The notes: generated by a model not told the origin, from the letters alone. A stretch of 64,000 bases of DNA from Candidatus Doudnabacteria bacterium RIFCSPHIGHO2_02_FULL_42_25 (GCA_001777665.1 MFEQ01000006.1:278300-342299); one strand, 5' to 3'; counted from the first letter of the stretch, positions 8,310-18,112 are shown. Made by a program: numbers and translations.

Positions 8310-9396
8310 TCGTTTTACGTCAGCGCCACGCGTATCGGTTAACGTTAGACGATACGCGCAGCGCAGCCTTATAACGCTCACCGTGATTCTTCTCGTTCTT
8401 TTAATAGTTGTCTTTCTAAGTCCTAAAACTGCCCTAGGGCCAAAAACTGATAACCAAAAACCAAACCAACTTCCAAAACCTCCAACCACTACCCTGTTTT
8501 TTGCGGGTGACATCATGCTTTCGCGCAATGTCGCAGGCAAAATTTATACAGCCAACGACGTTCATCTCCCTTACTTAAACGTCAGTGAGAAAATTTTATC
8601 CGCTGATATTGCTTTTGCGAATCTAGAATCTCCGTTTAATAGCCAAGGAGATCATTCAGTCCAGAACAGTTTGATATTCAACGCTGATCCGAAATTCGCG
8701 GATGGACTATCAAATGCTGGTTTTGATATTTTATCTACAGCCAACAACCATTCGTTTGATCAGGGTAAATCCGCAATCGAATTTACGAGGGTCACCCTCG
8801 TAAATAATAATCTCGTGTCAGTTGGCACAGGAGTAGACTGTCACAGCGGAAAAATTATAGAAAAAAATCAGATCAAATTTGGATTTTTGGCTTACTCTTA
8901 TGCCGCACACAATGATGGTGGTAAAATTCCAGATCCTCTGGTTTGCGACTGGAATGATGAACAACAAATTGTTGCTGATATTCAGGCCATGCGGCCACAG
9001 GTCGATTTTTTGATCGTTTCCGCGCATATAGGCACTGAATACAAGCGAGTTCCAGACGAAGACAATGCATTGCGAGCGCGCAAAACCATAGATGCCGGAG
9101 CGGATTTATTTATCGGCCACCATCCACACTGGATCCAAACGATTGAGCAATATCAAGGTAAATGGATTTTCTATTCTTTGGGCAATTTTGTATTCGATCA
9201 AATGTGGAGCCAAGATACAAAAGAAGGTTTGACTATTACTGTCACACTTGAAGAAAAAGCGATCAAAAAAATCGAACTTAATCCGGTAGTTATCGAAAAT
9301 TATTGTTGTCCCATATGGGCTGATGACATGGAAAGTTTGGCCATCTTAAAGAAGATTGGCTTGACAACTAGAGTTTTATTAGGTGAAAATAAGTGA
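8293..9396 (+). CDS. CapA / PGA_cap metallophosphoesterase family protein
   Basis: GDIML.R, NLESP, ANNH, GHHPH, YSLGNFVFDQ; start uncertain. Confidence 0.9.
   Translation: MLKFVSRFTSAPRVSVNVRRYAQRSLITLTVILLVLLIVVFLSPKTALGPKTDNQKPNQLPKPPTTTLFFAGDIMLSRNVAGKIYTANDVHLPYLNVSEKILSADIAFANLESPFNSQGDHSVQNSLIFNADPKFADGLSNAGFDILSTANNHSFDQGKSAIEFTRVTLVNNNLVSVGTGVDCHSGKIIEKNQIKFGFLAYSYAAHNDGGKIPDPLVCDWNDEQQIVADIQAMRPQVDFLIVSAHIGTEYKRVPDEDNALRARKTIDAGADLFIGHHPHWIQTIEQYQGKWIFYSLGNFVFDQMWSQDTKEGLTITVTLEEKAIKKIELNPVVIENYCCPIWADDMESLAILKKIGLTTRVLLGENK
8321..8364 (+). repeat. Hairpin element H, copy 1
   Basis: 32-nt core ACGCGTATCGGTTAACGTTAGACGATACGCGC, identical within 15166-15209. Confidence 0.88.
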
Positions 9397-9399
9397 GTT

Positions 9400-11709
9400 A
9401 TGGCAAAATCACTAGTCATAGTAGAGAGTCCGACTAAGGCAAAAACGATTTCCAAATTCCTCGACGGAAAGTATAAAGTCGAGGCGTCTTTTGGTCATAT
9501 CCGCGATTTGCCGACCAGTAAAATGGGAATCGACATCGAACATGATTTCGAACCTACATATGTCATTCCACCGAAAGCAAAAAAGAAAATTGCTGAACTA
9601 AAAAAATTGGCGAAAGATGCCGAAGAAATAATTCTCGCGACTGACGAAGACCGCGAAGGTGAAGCCATTGCCTGGCATTTGGTAGAGGCTTTGGGCTTAA
9701 ATAAAACTCATAAACCAGAAGCTAAAATCAAACGCATCGTTTTCCACGAAATTACGAGGTCGGCTATAGAAACCGCGATGGAACATCCTCGGGAGCTGGA
9801 TATAGATTTAGTCGACGCCCAGCAAGCACGCCGAGTACTCGACCGGTTGGTGGGTTATGAACTCTCCCCTTTCTTATGGAAGAAGGTTAAGAGAGGCTTG
9901 TCAGCCGGACGTGTCCAATCTGTCGCTGTGAGATTGGTCGTGGATCGCGAACGCGAAATCCAAAAATTTACTCCAGAAGAATATTGGAACATTATTGCGA
10001 CTTTTCATAAAGATAATAATTTCCTAGGTAAACTCAACAAAATCGACGGCAAAACTTTGGATAAACTCGGGATAAAAAACGAGACTCAAGCCAAGAAAAT
10101 TTTAGCTGATCTCGCCAACCGACCAGCCGAGGTCACAGAGGTTACGAAAAAAGAAGTCCGACGCAATCCAGCTGCTCCTTTTATTACATCTTCACTCCAG
10201 CAAGAAGCAGCTCGGAAGCTCGGTTTCAGTGCCAAACAGACCATGATGTACGCCCAGCAATTATATGAAGGTGTGGAACTTGGCGACGGCAGTGCGACAG
10301 GTTTAATTACCTATATGAGAACGGATTCAGTTAATCTTTCTGAGTTTGCGCTCGATTCAGCCCACAAAGCGATCATGGAACGATATGGTAAAGACTATTT
10401 ACTCGATACTCCTCGCAAATATGCGTCCCGATCGAAAAACGCCCAGGAAGCACATGAAGCCATCCGACCAACTGATTTACAAAGAGATCCCGAAAGTCTC
10501 AAAGACCACCTCGATCGCAACCAACATCGACTTTATGATTTGATTTGGAAACGAACAATCGCTAGCCAAATGCCAGAAGCTGTATTTGATCAAACCGCGG
10601 TTGATATCGAGATTAAAGGTGATAAAAAATACACCTTCCGTGCCAATGGCCAAGTCATCAAATTCGATGGATTCATGAAAGTTTACCTAGAAGGCACTGA
10701 TGAAGAAGAGCCTACTGAAGAAGACCTGCCCGCCATGCCTCGTGGTGGGCCAGATGACAAGGCGTGGCAGGCGGGCGGGTTGCTACCTGAACTCAAGGTT
10801 GGCGATAAACCAAAAGTCGTTAAAATTTTACCGAAACAATCTTTCACCCAACCTCTACCTCGCTACACTGATGCCACTCTGATCAAAGCTTTAGAAGAAC
10901 AAGGGATCGGCCGTCCCTCGACTTATGCGCCAACCCTGACAACAATTCAAGAACGCGATTACGTCAATAAAATTGATAAAAAATACCATCCGACTGAAAT
11001 GGGTTTTATCGTTAATGATATTTTAGTTGAACATTTCCCAAAAATTGTAGATCTCCAATTCACAGCGCTTATGGAAGATGAATTGGATGGCATAGCCACG
11101 GGTGAAAAGGCCTGGGTGCCGGTGATCAAAGAATTTTATGGCCCCTTCCATGAAAATTTGAAAACTAAAGAAAAAGAAGTCGAACGCCATGTCGAAATTT
11201 TGGATGAAAAATGTCCTCTTTCGGGTCATCCCCTACAGATTAAGTTTGGCCGGTTTGGAAAATTTGTGGCATGTACTAATTATCCAGAATGTAAATTCAC
11301 CCGTCCGATGCCAGAAGAACAAAAATTGATCGAAGAAAATAGCGGGGAAATTTGCGATGTTTGCGGTCGTCCTATGATCGTAAAGTTTGGTCGGTTTGGT
11401 GCTTTCCTCGGTTGCAGTGGTTATCCGGATTGTAAAAATATCAAAAAGATTCAAAAAGGTACTGGTGTCACTTGCCCATCCTGCGGCGAAGGCGAATTGG
11501 TAGAACGACGCAGCAAACGTGGAATTTTCTATTCTTGTTCCAAATATCCGAAATGTAAATTCCTGATGAATGGTAAACCGACTGGTGAAAAATGCCCGCA
11601 ATCGGGCGATCTATTGATGGAAACTAAAAACGGTACTCTGAAGTGCAGCAACAAAGAATGTGACTATGAACGCGAAGCTGCCCCCGCTGAAGTTGAAAAA
11701 GCAAAATAA
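9400..11709 (+). CDS. topA: DNA topoisomerase I
   Basis: IVESPTKAK, DEDREGE, SAGRVQS, ITYMRTD, AHEAIRPT, GIGRPSTY, C4 zinc ribbons. Confidence 0.98.
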   Translation: MAKSLVIVESPTKAKTISKFLDGKYKVEASFGHIRDLPTSKMGIDIEHDFEPTYVIPPKAKKKIAELKKLAKDAEEIILATDEDREGEAIAWHLVEALGLNKTHKPEAKIKRIVFHEITRSAIETAMEHPRELDIDLVDAQQARRVLDRLVGYELSPFLWKKVKRGLSAGRVQSVAVRLVVDREREIQKFTPEEYWNIIATFHKDNNFLGKLNKIDGKTLDKLGIKNETQAKKILADLANRPAEVTEVTKKEVRRNPAAPFITSSLQQEAARKLGFSAKQTMMYAQQLYEGVELGDGSATGLITYMRTDSVNLSEFALDSAHKAIMERYGKDYLLDTPRKYASRSKNAQEAHEAIRPTDLQRDPESLKDHLDRNQHRLYDLIWKRTIASQMPEAVFDQTAVDIEIKGDKKYTFRANGQVIKFDGFMKVYLEGTDEEEPTEEDLPAMPRGGPDDKAWQAGGLLPELKVGDKPKVVKILPKQSFTQPLPRYTDATLIKALEEQGIGRPSTYAPTLTTIQERDYVNKIDKKYHPTEMGFIVNDILVEHFPKIVDLQFTALMEDELDGIATGEKAWVPVIKEFYGPFHENLKTKEKEVERHVEILDEKCPLSGHPLQIKFGRFGKFVACTNYPECKFTRPMPEEQKLIEENSGEICDVCGRPMIVKFGRFGAFLGCSGYPDCKNIKKIQKGTGVTCPSCGEGELVERRSKRGIFYSCSKYPKCKFLMNGKPTGEKCPQSGDLLMETKNGTLKCSNKECDYEREAAPAEVEKAK
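10725..10775 (+). repeat. Family-A 51-nt in-frame element in topA
   Basis: CCTGCCCGCCATGCCT-19nt-AGGCGTGGCAGGCGGG; excision gives EEDGLLPEL. Confidence 0.92.
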
Positions 11710-11741
11710 TCATGTATAATAAATTTAATTAATTTATAAAT

Positions 11742-11930
11742 ATGGAATCAGAAGCATACAACCACGAAAAAATTAAGGCTGAACTCGATGATTTACAGAG
11801 ACAAATCGCTCAGCTAGAAGCAGAAAACAATCCAGCAAGCAAGGAAGACCGAGATCTTCTGCACCAAAGGTACGAAGCATTACAGAAAAAATATAGCGCT
11901 GATCACGAACACCTCTCTAGAGCAGCATAA
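11742..11930 (+). CDS. Small coiled-coil hypothetical protein
   Basis: 62-aa ORF with upstream TATAAT and a downstream terminator. Confidence 0.6.
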   Translation: MESEAYNHEKIKAELDDLQRQIAQLEAENNPASKEDRDLLHQRYEALQKKYSADHEHLSRAA

Positions 11931-11963
11931 AAAAAATCCCCCGAGATATCGGGGGATTTTTTT
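11931..11963. terminator. Bidirectional terminator
   Basis: A-tract, TCCCCCGA-GATA-TCGGGGGA, T-tract between convergent genes. Confidence 0.85.
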
Positions 11964-12702
11964 ATTTCTTATCATGACCAGTGAAGGCTTTAAGAACCTC
12001 CAACGGTATAGTGAAAACAATCGTATTCGACGCGTCAGAGCTAATGTCATTCATGGACTGTAATGTTCTCAAATGGAGAGCACCTGGTGCCGCTGATAGT
12101 ATTCCTGCGGCTTTGGCCATATTACCTGCCGCGGCTACTTCTCCTTCGGATTGAATGATCACTGCTCGCCTTTCTCTTTCTGCTTCTGCCTGTTTCGCTA
12201 TGGTCCGCTCCATTTCTTGAGGCAATGCTACATCTTTCAGTTCGACGTTGTCAACCTTGATTCCCCAATCATCCGATGCCGCATCGACTATTGTGCGAAT
12301 TCTATCTGATATTGCATCCCGCTGACTTAAAAGTTCATCCAATTCTACCTGTCCGACGACATTTCGCATGGTCGTTTGCGCTAGCTGGGACATGGCGTAG
12401 AAAAAATCTTCAACTTCGAGTACAGCTTTGGATGCATCCGCGACTTTATAATAAATAACTGCATTGACCCCGACAGCGATGTTGTCTTTGGTGATCGCTT
12501 TTTGATCTGGCACATCGACTGCTTTGACCCGGATATCCACTCTAGTCATGCTCTGGAACACTGGCACGACTATCCGCCAACCTGGTTCTTTGATCCCCGA
12601 AAAACGACCCATAGTGAACATCACTCCGCGCTGGTATTGGTTGACCTGACGCAAGAACGACAGAAACAAAATCACCAAAACTATTACTACTACATATGTC
12701 AT
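11962..12702 (-). CDS. SPFH/band-7 (stomatin-like) protein
   Basis: ITKDN.....NAVIYY, LAQTTMR, AKQAEAERERRA, ALHLRTLQ. Confidence 0.95.
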   Translation of the reverse strand: MTYVVVIVLVILFLSFLRQVNQYQRGVMFTMGRFSGIKEPGWRIVVPVFQSMTRVDIRVKAVDVPDQKAITKDNIAVGVNAVIYYKVADASKAVLEVEDFFYAMSQLAQTTMRNVVGQVELDELLSQRDAISDRIRTIVDAASDDWGIKVDNVELKDVALPQEMERTIAKQAEAERERRAVIIQSEGEVAAAGNMAKAAGILSAAPGALHLRTLQSMNDISSDASNTIVFTIPLEVLKAFTGHDKK

Positions 12703-13715
12703 ATATTTTTGTTAATTGCTGAAGTTATAATAGCACTTTCTACGATTTCTTCCACTTCCTTTGCATTCTGGGTCTCCATTAATTTCACTCGCAATTCTTT
12801 GGCCCCGTCGAATCCGTTGACATAGGCTTTGTAATGTTTCTTCATGGTCTCGAAACTTTTGATCCCGGCAAATTTTTGCTCAAATAGTTTCGTATGCTCG
12901 ATCATGACTTTCAAACGTTCGGACAAAGAAATTTGTGGCTTGCGACTAAACAGCCACGGGTTGCCGAAAATTCCACGGCCAATCATGATCCCATCACATC
13001 CGGTTTCTGCAACTTTCTGTTCTGCTTCAGCTAAATTTGCGACATCCCCATTGCCTAAGATTAAAGTCTCTTTAGATATCTGATCTCTGATATCTGTTAT
13101 CTGTCTCATAACTTCCCAGTGCGCAGGGACTTTGGACATTTCTTTTACAGTACGCAGGTGCACAGTCAGTACAGAAATCTCGGTTTTCAATATTGTCGGC
13201 AACCACGTATCAATTTCAATTTTGTTAAAACCAATTCTGGTTTTGACCGAAACCGGGAGCTCCCCTGCTCCTTCTTTCGTCGCATGAATAATCTCTTGTG
13301 CCAGAGCTGGTGTTTTGATTAAAGCCGAGCAGGCTTTTTGATTGAGAATTTTTTTGACTGGACAACCCATGTTTATATCCACGCCATCAAACCCTAATTC
13401 TTTGATTAATTTAGCAGCTTTATAAAAATTTTCAGGATTGGATCCAAAAATCTGGGCGACTATCGGATGTTCGTTTTCTCCATACCAAAAATCAACCAGT
13501 AATCGACTCAATCCTTCGGAGTTGAGCCCATCTACAGATACGAATTCGGTCCAGAACACATCTGGCTTGCCGTATTTAGCAATCAATTCCCGAAACGCGG
13601 CATCGGTCACATCTGCCAGCGGAGCCAAAACCATTATCGGCCTGCCCGCAACGCCAGCAAGCTGGCTTGCGTGGCGGGCGGGCTTTTTCAATTTTTCCCA
13701 AAATCCTAAATTCAT
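12699..13715 (-). CDS. tRNA-dihydrouridine synthase (DusB-like)
   Basis: LAPL..VTD, TEFVS, DINMGCP, SVKTRIG, GNGD, MIGRG..GNPW; start taken at ATG 13715. Confidence 0.93.
   Translation of the reverse strand: MNLGFWEKLKKPARHASQLAGVAGRPIMVLAPLADVTDAAFRELIAKYGKPDVFWTEFVSVDGLNSEGLSRLLVDFWYGENEHPIVAQIFGSNPENFYKAAKLIKELGFDGVDINMGCPVKKILNQKACSALIKTPALAQEIIHATKEGAGELPVSVKTRIGFNKIEIDTWLPTILKTEISVLTVHLRTVKEMSKVPAHWEVMRQITDIRDQISKETLILGNGDVANLAEAEQKVAETGCDGIMIGRGIFGNPWLFSRKPQISLSERLKVMIEHTKLFEQKFAGIKSFETMKKHYKAYVNGFDGAKELRVKLMETQNAKEVEEIVESAIITSAINKNI
13641..13682 (-). repeat. 42-nt family-A-like in-frame element in dus (PARHASQLAGVAGR)
   Basis: CCTGCCCGCAACGC...GCGTGGCGGGCGGG; excision restores KLKKPIMVLAP. 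Confidence 0.88.
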
Positions 13716-13725
13716 AAATGCTTCC

Positions 13726-13813
13726 CATCCCAGCGAAAGCTGGGATCCACTACTTAAATTACACAATCAGGTTTTTAATTATTGAAATGGACCCCGGATC
13801 AAGTCCGGGGTGG
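13726..13813. repeat. Paired short hairpins of the ATCCC(N8)GGGAT type
   Basis: CATCCCAGCGAAAGCTGGGATCC ... GGACCCCGGATCAAGTCCGGGGTG; related hairpins at 43378, 49575 and 56943. Confidence 0.7.
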
Positions 13814-13859
13814 TTACAGTAAATCTTACCAAATTTTCCCCAACAAAAAAAGCCCTCCC

Positions 13860-15113
13860 TCAATCATTTTTCATGAAGATCCTGTTTTCGGTAGTCCAAT
13901 AAGAAATCGCTTTGGTGAATGGTAAAATAGATAGAAAATATCTCAAATCCGCGGCTTTGCGGATGAGCCAACCCGAAAATCCGGACATAATCACACTCGG
14001 TGTATAAAAAATAGCAAATTTTCCAGTCACAGGAATAATAAATCGTAACGCTACTGGATGATAACTAAGCAGCGGCTTGTCTTTGATCATGCGGTAAATA
14101 TTTTTGGCGACATATTTGCCTTGATTGATAGCTTCTTGTGCAGTTTGTGGCACTGGCTTTTTTGTAACTGGATCCACTATTCCGGTATTGTCCCCGGCGA
14201 GAAATACGCGTGGGTATTGCGATAAATTCAAAGCAGTCGCCACGATGGTCCGATCTTTTTTATCTCGTTCGAGTTCTCCGCCAGCTGGCAGATCTAGCGG
14301 CAACCGGATGGACCTGACTCCACCCGTCCAAATCAGCAAATCACAATCCACCCGTTCTTTCATATTTAGAATCACGTGATCCTTCCCAGTGTCAGTAATC
14401 AGTGATGAGAATCTAGTTTCAATTCCCATAGTAGTAAGTCGACTGCCGATTATTGCCGAAATTTTCTCCGACAGTCCGGATAAATAACTCGTCCCCCCTT
14501 CGACCATCACAACCTTGTAATTATTTAAATCTTTTTGATGGTGTGCACATTCATGCTTGAGCAGATTGTGTACTTCCCCGGCAAATTCAGTTCCAGCAAA
14601 ACCAGCACCACCGATAATAATGCAGCCACTGTCCTTTTTCGCAACTAAATCTTCGATACGATTCCGAATCATAATCGCATCTTCTAGACTTTTCAGTGTA
14701 AATCCGTACTTATCCAAATTCGGAATGTCATAATAATCGGGAACACTTCCCATAGCGATCACCAAATAATCAAAAGCTAAGATGCGCGAGTCAGTTATTA
14801 CTTTGCCGTTTATTAAATCAATCCGATCAACATAACCTTTGAAAACTTTTACTCTTGTTCGTTTAAAAATGTCATCGAAAGAAATCGCCACGGTATGCTT
14901 AACTTTTTTTGCTTCGACTAATCGGTGTTCTGTCGTGGCTGCTTCATAGAGAGCGGAATTAAAAGTTTGATAATCCTTTCGGTCAACTAAAATAATTTCG
15001 TATTCTAAATCATCGTGGAGGTAATTGTTCAAATCCAAAGCCGCTCGGACTCCGGCGAATCCGCCACCAAGAATGATAATATGTTTTTTCTCTTCTGGAA
15101 TTTTTGATTTCAT
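13860..15113 (-). CDS. ndh: Type II NADH dehydrogenase family flavoprotein
   Basis: GGGFAG, GAGFAGTEFAGE, WTGGV, AGD, PQTAQEA..QG. Confidence 0.85.
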   Translation of the reverse strand: MKSKIPEEKKHIIILGGGFAGVRAALDLNNYLHDDLEYEIILVDRKDYQTFNSALYEAATTEHRLVEAKKVKHTVAISFDDIFKRTRVKVFKGYVDRIDLINGKVITDSRILAFDYLVIAMGSVPDYYDIPNLDKYGFTLKSLEDAIMIRNRIEDLVAKKDSGCIIIGGAGFAGTEFAGEVHNLLKHECAHHQKDLNNYKVVMVEGGTSYLSGLSEKISAIIGSRLTTMGIETRFSSLITDTGKDHVILNMKERVDCDLLIWTGGVRSIRLPLDLPAGGELERDKKDRTIVATALNLSQYPRVFLAGDNTGIVDPVTKKPVPQTAQEAINQGKYVAKNIYRMIKDKPLLSYHPVALRFIIPVTGKFAIFYTPSVIMSGFSGWLIRKAADLRYFLSILPFTKAISYWTTENRIFMKND

Positions 15114-15165
15114 GAATAAAAACAGCCCCTTTATTATACCATAAGCTGCGTTAATAGTTTTTCGG

Positions 15166-15209
15166 CAGCGCAACGCGTATCGGTTAACGTTAGACGATAC
15201 GCGCGGCGC
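15166..15209 (+). repeat. Hairpin element H, copy 2
   Basis: Core identical to 8321-8364. Confidence 0.88.
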
Positions 15210-15221
15210 CGACGAATAACT

Positions 15222-15905
15222 CTAGACGATGTCTTTTTTAGTTATGAATTTATGCTTGCCTAGGGGTAAATCACCCAACTTTACTTTTCCAACCCGGATT
15301 CGCTTGAGATTGCGAATCGTATAACCAAAAGCCGCAAACATTCTACGGACTTGGCGATTCCAGCCTTCGTGAATTGTGATATAGATAGTTGTACCGTTTG
15401 CTCGAACTTTGGCTGGTGCTGTTTTCTTGCCATCCAATTCCATGCCTTCCCGAAGTTTCGTGATCCGTCCTTCTGATAACTCTTTATTCAAAACCACCTC
15501 GTACTCTTTTTCGTGTTCTTTCGACGGATGTGCCAAGTCCTGAGTTAATTCTCCGTCATTAGTAAACAATAATAATCCTTCGGTATTGAAATCCAGGCGC
15601 CCGATGGGCCAGACCACTGATCGAAGATCTGCAGGTAATAAATCAAAAACAGTTTTGCGTTTTCGGGGATCATTCCGCGTAGTCAAATATCGCTTCGGTT
15701 TGTTCATCATGAGATAGATTAAACTTTTAACAGTTAACTTTTTACCATTAACCTCTACACGGTCTTTGGCAATGTCGGCTTTGGTTCCCAGCTCACGAAC
15801 TACTTGGCCATTCACTTTGACTTTGCCAGCCAAAATCAACTCCTCGGCATGACGCCTGGAAGCAATTCCTGCTTGGGAGATTATCTTTTGTAAACGCTCT
15901 TGCAT
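15222..15905 (-). CDS. RsuA/RluB-family pseudouridine synthase
   Basis: S4 domain ERLQK..SRR.AE, NKP, GRLD..TEGLLL.TNDG, EG.NRQVRRM. Confidence 0.95.
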   Translation of the reverse strand: MQERLQKIISQAGIASRRHAEELILAGKVKVNGQVVRELGTKADIAKDRVEVNGKKLTVKSLIYLMMNKPKRYLTTRNDPRKRKTVFDLLPADLRSVVWPIGRLDFNTEGLLLFTNDGELTQDLAHPSKEHEKEYEVVLNKELSEGRITKLREGMELDGKKTAPAKVRANGTTIYITIHEGWNRQVRRMFAAFGYTIRNLKRIRVGKVKLGDLPLGKHKFITKKDIV

Positions 15906-15934
15906 GAGGTTTAATGCTATAATTAATTTATTAA

Positions 15935-16056
15935 CCATTGCGAGAAGCTGATTATTTTTGACTAGAGTTAGTCTGGTCAGCGACGAAGCAATCTTAGGAC
16001 AAGATCGCCACGCGACCGCTTAGCTGGTTCTAGTAAGCTTCGGCCGCTCGCGATGG
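15935..16056. repeat. ~120-nt palindromic element, related to 49651-49795
   Basis: Termini CCATTGCGAG/CTCGCGATGG; internal CGACGAAGCAATCT and AGATCGCCACGCGAC. Confidence 0.75.
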
Positions 16057-16062
16057 GCTACA

Positions 16063-16578
16063 ATGATCAAAAGATTTCTTGATAACTTCTGGGCATGGTA
16101 TAACGAACATTATTTATTTGCGATAACAGCAACTACACTGTTGTTTTTGCTGCAAGCCTTCCATCTTTACTGGCTATTTACTGATGTGGTGCTGCAAAAA
16201 ATTACTGGTAGCAGCTACTTCGTTTTTCCTCCATTCTGGGGAGCGCTATCTGCTATATTAGATTACACGGAAATCCCGGCTTTGATAAGTACCTCACTCG
16301 TCTATATCAATCAGCTCCGAAAATCAGAAACCGATCAATCCAAATGGCGAGCTATCAGATATTTAGTTATGATCAATATCCAGTGGTTGCATTTGTTCTG
16401 GATTACAGATGAAGTGGTGATTGAACACTTCCGTGGTCAAGAGGCACTTTTTCATTGGTCAGCAATTATCGCCTGGATCGCCATTCTGATTGACTACGCT
16501 GAATTACCTGTCATGTACGACACGGCCAAAGAAACAATCAAAGAATTCAGGAAGAAGTATAGCACACCCAAGGCTTGA
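16063..16578 (+). CDS. Hypothetical membrane protein with internal duplication
   Basis: About 4 TM segments; HLYWL.TD/HLFWITD and DYTEIP/DYAELP are repeated. Confidence 0.8.
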   Translation: MIKRFLDNFWAWYNEHYLFAITATTLLFLLQAFHLYWLFTDVVLQKITGSSYFVFPPFWGALSAILDYTEIPALISTSLVYINQLRKSETDQSKWRAIRYLVMINIQWLHLFWITDEVVIEHFRGQEALFHWSAIIAWIAILIDYAELPVMYDTAKETIKEFRKKYSTPKA

Positions 16579-16617
16579 AAAAATCCATAAAATCTGTATA
16601 ATATCTAGGTCTTGTGA

Positions 16618-16692
16618 GGGTGTGTAGCTCAGTGGTAGAGCACCTGCCTTTTAAGCAGAGGGTCGCGCGTTCGATCCGCGCCACACCCACCA
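16618..16692 (+). tRNA. tRNA-Lys(TTT)
   Basis: GGGTGTG/CACACCC acceptor, CTGC-CTTTTAA-GCAG, GTTCGATCC, CCA. Confidence 0.95.
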
Positions 16693-16759
16693 AGAATATT
16701 GACAACTTAGTTAAAAACCAAGTACAATAAATATATAAGGCGGCTGAAAGGCCGTTTTT

Positions 16760-17080
16760 GTGTTTAAAATATATATTGATCCCGAAGTTCAAAAATTTAT
16801 TTTAAATCTCGAACCAGTTACCAAGGCAAAAATTGCGAGAAACCTCGATTTACTGGAAAATTTCGGATATAAATTAGAGATGCCGCATTCTAAAAAAATA
16901 TCTGACACTCTATTTGAGTTACGTATTCGAGGTCAACAAGAAATCAGAATTTTCTATTGTTTTCACAACGAAGTTATTAAATTGTTACATGGGTTTACAA
17001 AAAAATCTCAAAAAATCCCGCTTAAAGAACTACGCGCCGCAGAAAATAAATATAAAGCCTTGACACAATATAACTTATAA
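16760..17080 (+). CDS. RelE/HigB (Gp49-like) toxin
   Basis: LEMPHSKKI..LFELRI, RIFY, LLHGFTKKSQK.P..E. Confidence 0.88.
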   Translation: MFKIYIDPEVQKFILNLEPVTKAKIARNLDLLENFGYKLEMPHSKKISDTLFELRIRGQQEIRIFYCFHNEVIKLLHGFTKKSQKIPLKELRAAENKYKALTQYNL

Positions 17081-17094
17081 GTTATATTAGTAAC

Positions 17095-17367
17095 ATGCAA
17101 ACTTGGATAAATTTTAAAAAAGAACTACTAAAAAATCCAGCAGTAAAAAAAGCCTACGATGAATTAGGACCTGAATTTAATTTAATCAAATTGATGATCC
17201 AAAAGCGTTTAGAAAAAGGATTAACCCAAAAACAACTGGCTAAAAAAATGGGAATTAAACAACCAATGATCTCTCGTTTTGAACAAGGTATGTCTAACCC
17301 TACCTTGAAATTTTTAGGTCGTATCGCAAAAGGTTTAGACGCTAAAATAAAAATTACAATCAGTTAA
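17095..17367 (+). CDS. XRE-family HTH antitoxin (HigA-like)
   Basis: R.EKGLTQKQLAKKMG..Q..ISRFE.G..NPTL; lies downstream of the toxin. Confidence 0.9.
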   Translation: MQTWINFKKELLKNPAVKKAYDELGPEFNLIKLMIQKRLEKGLTQKQLAKKMGIKQPMISRFEQGMSNPTLKFLGRIAKGLDAKIKITIS

Positions 17368-17460
17368 TTTAAATTACCTGTTCCAAATAAAGCCCCAAGG
17401 CCTCTTTAAGCACTAAATTTCGTCAATCGCCGAATCCGCCTTCGTTAGTGCATTGTGGTC

Positions 17461-17494
17461 AAATACTACCATACTCTGTAGTATGGTAGTATTT
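17461..17494. repeat. Perfect 15-bp inverted repeat
   Basis: AAATACTACCATACT-CTGT-AGTATGGTAGTATTT. Confidence 0.85.
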
Positions 17495-17535
17495 AGCTTG
17501 TTTTAATTTAGTTTAGATTCTGATAAAATTTAAGT

Positions 17536-18054
17536 ATGAATCTATTGCTTTATATAATCATTATCGCTGCTATTTATTCTTTTATAGTTTTTATTTTACT
17601 GCGTTTAGTGACGCCTTATACAGGATTTGGAAAACTGCCAAAGCCAAAACAAATTCCGCATGAGATTATTGTAAAAATTTCAGAATTAGAAACTGCCTCG
17701 AGTAATTCTCAAGAATATCTGCAAAAAATTTACGATTTCGTCACTTCTAGATGGCACGCTGGCAGGTTTACTACGATCTTCTACGCACCTCTCGCCTTTC
17801 GTACGAATTTAATGAAAATCTGGAAAAGTCCAGGATTTGCCCAATGCAATACACAAAACTATATCGTGTTCGTCATGCTGACTAATAGTAAATTTTTCAA
17901 ACCTGAAGATATCAAGCTCCGAACTGTCTTTTTTAACTTTTTCTTGCATCAATACCTGAAAGTGAAAGTGGGCAATGAATGGATCAATGTCGACCCAGCC
18001 GGTGCCAGCATCCGCGGGAAACCCCTCGGTGCCTACATAAGTATATTTGGATAG
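17536..18054 (+). CDS. Membrane-anchored protein, possible transglutaminase-like fold
   Basis: N-terminal TM; Cys/His/Asp in AQCN, HQYL and W.NVDP. Confidence 0.55.
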   Translation: MNLLLYIIIIAAIYSFIVFILLRLVTPYTGFGKLPKPKQIPHEIIVKISELETASSNSQEYLQKIYDFVTSRWHAGRFTTIFYAPLAFRTNLMKIWKSPGFAQCNTQNYIVFVMLTNSKFFKPEDIKLRTVFFNFFLHQYLKVKVGNEWINVDPAGASIRGKPLGAYISIFG

Positions 18055-18112
18055 TGTACTAGCGGGAGCTAATTTTGGTATAATATAGGAAATCCTTAAC
18101 TTTTCGAAACAA

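Noticed and set aside
10725-10775. Family-A arms plus variable spacer as a CRISPR array
   Set aside because: The arms are inverted, single-unit and dispersed; there are no tandem direct repeats and no cas genes in the window.
17398-17412. GCCTCTTTAAGC as an att remnant of tRNA-Lys
   Set aside because: Too short and imperfect, and no integrase is nearby.
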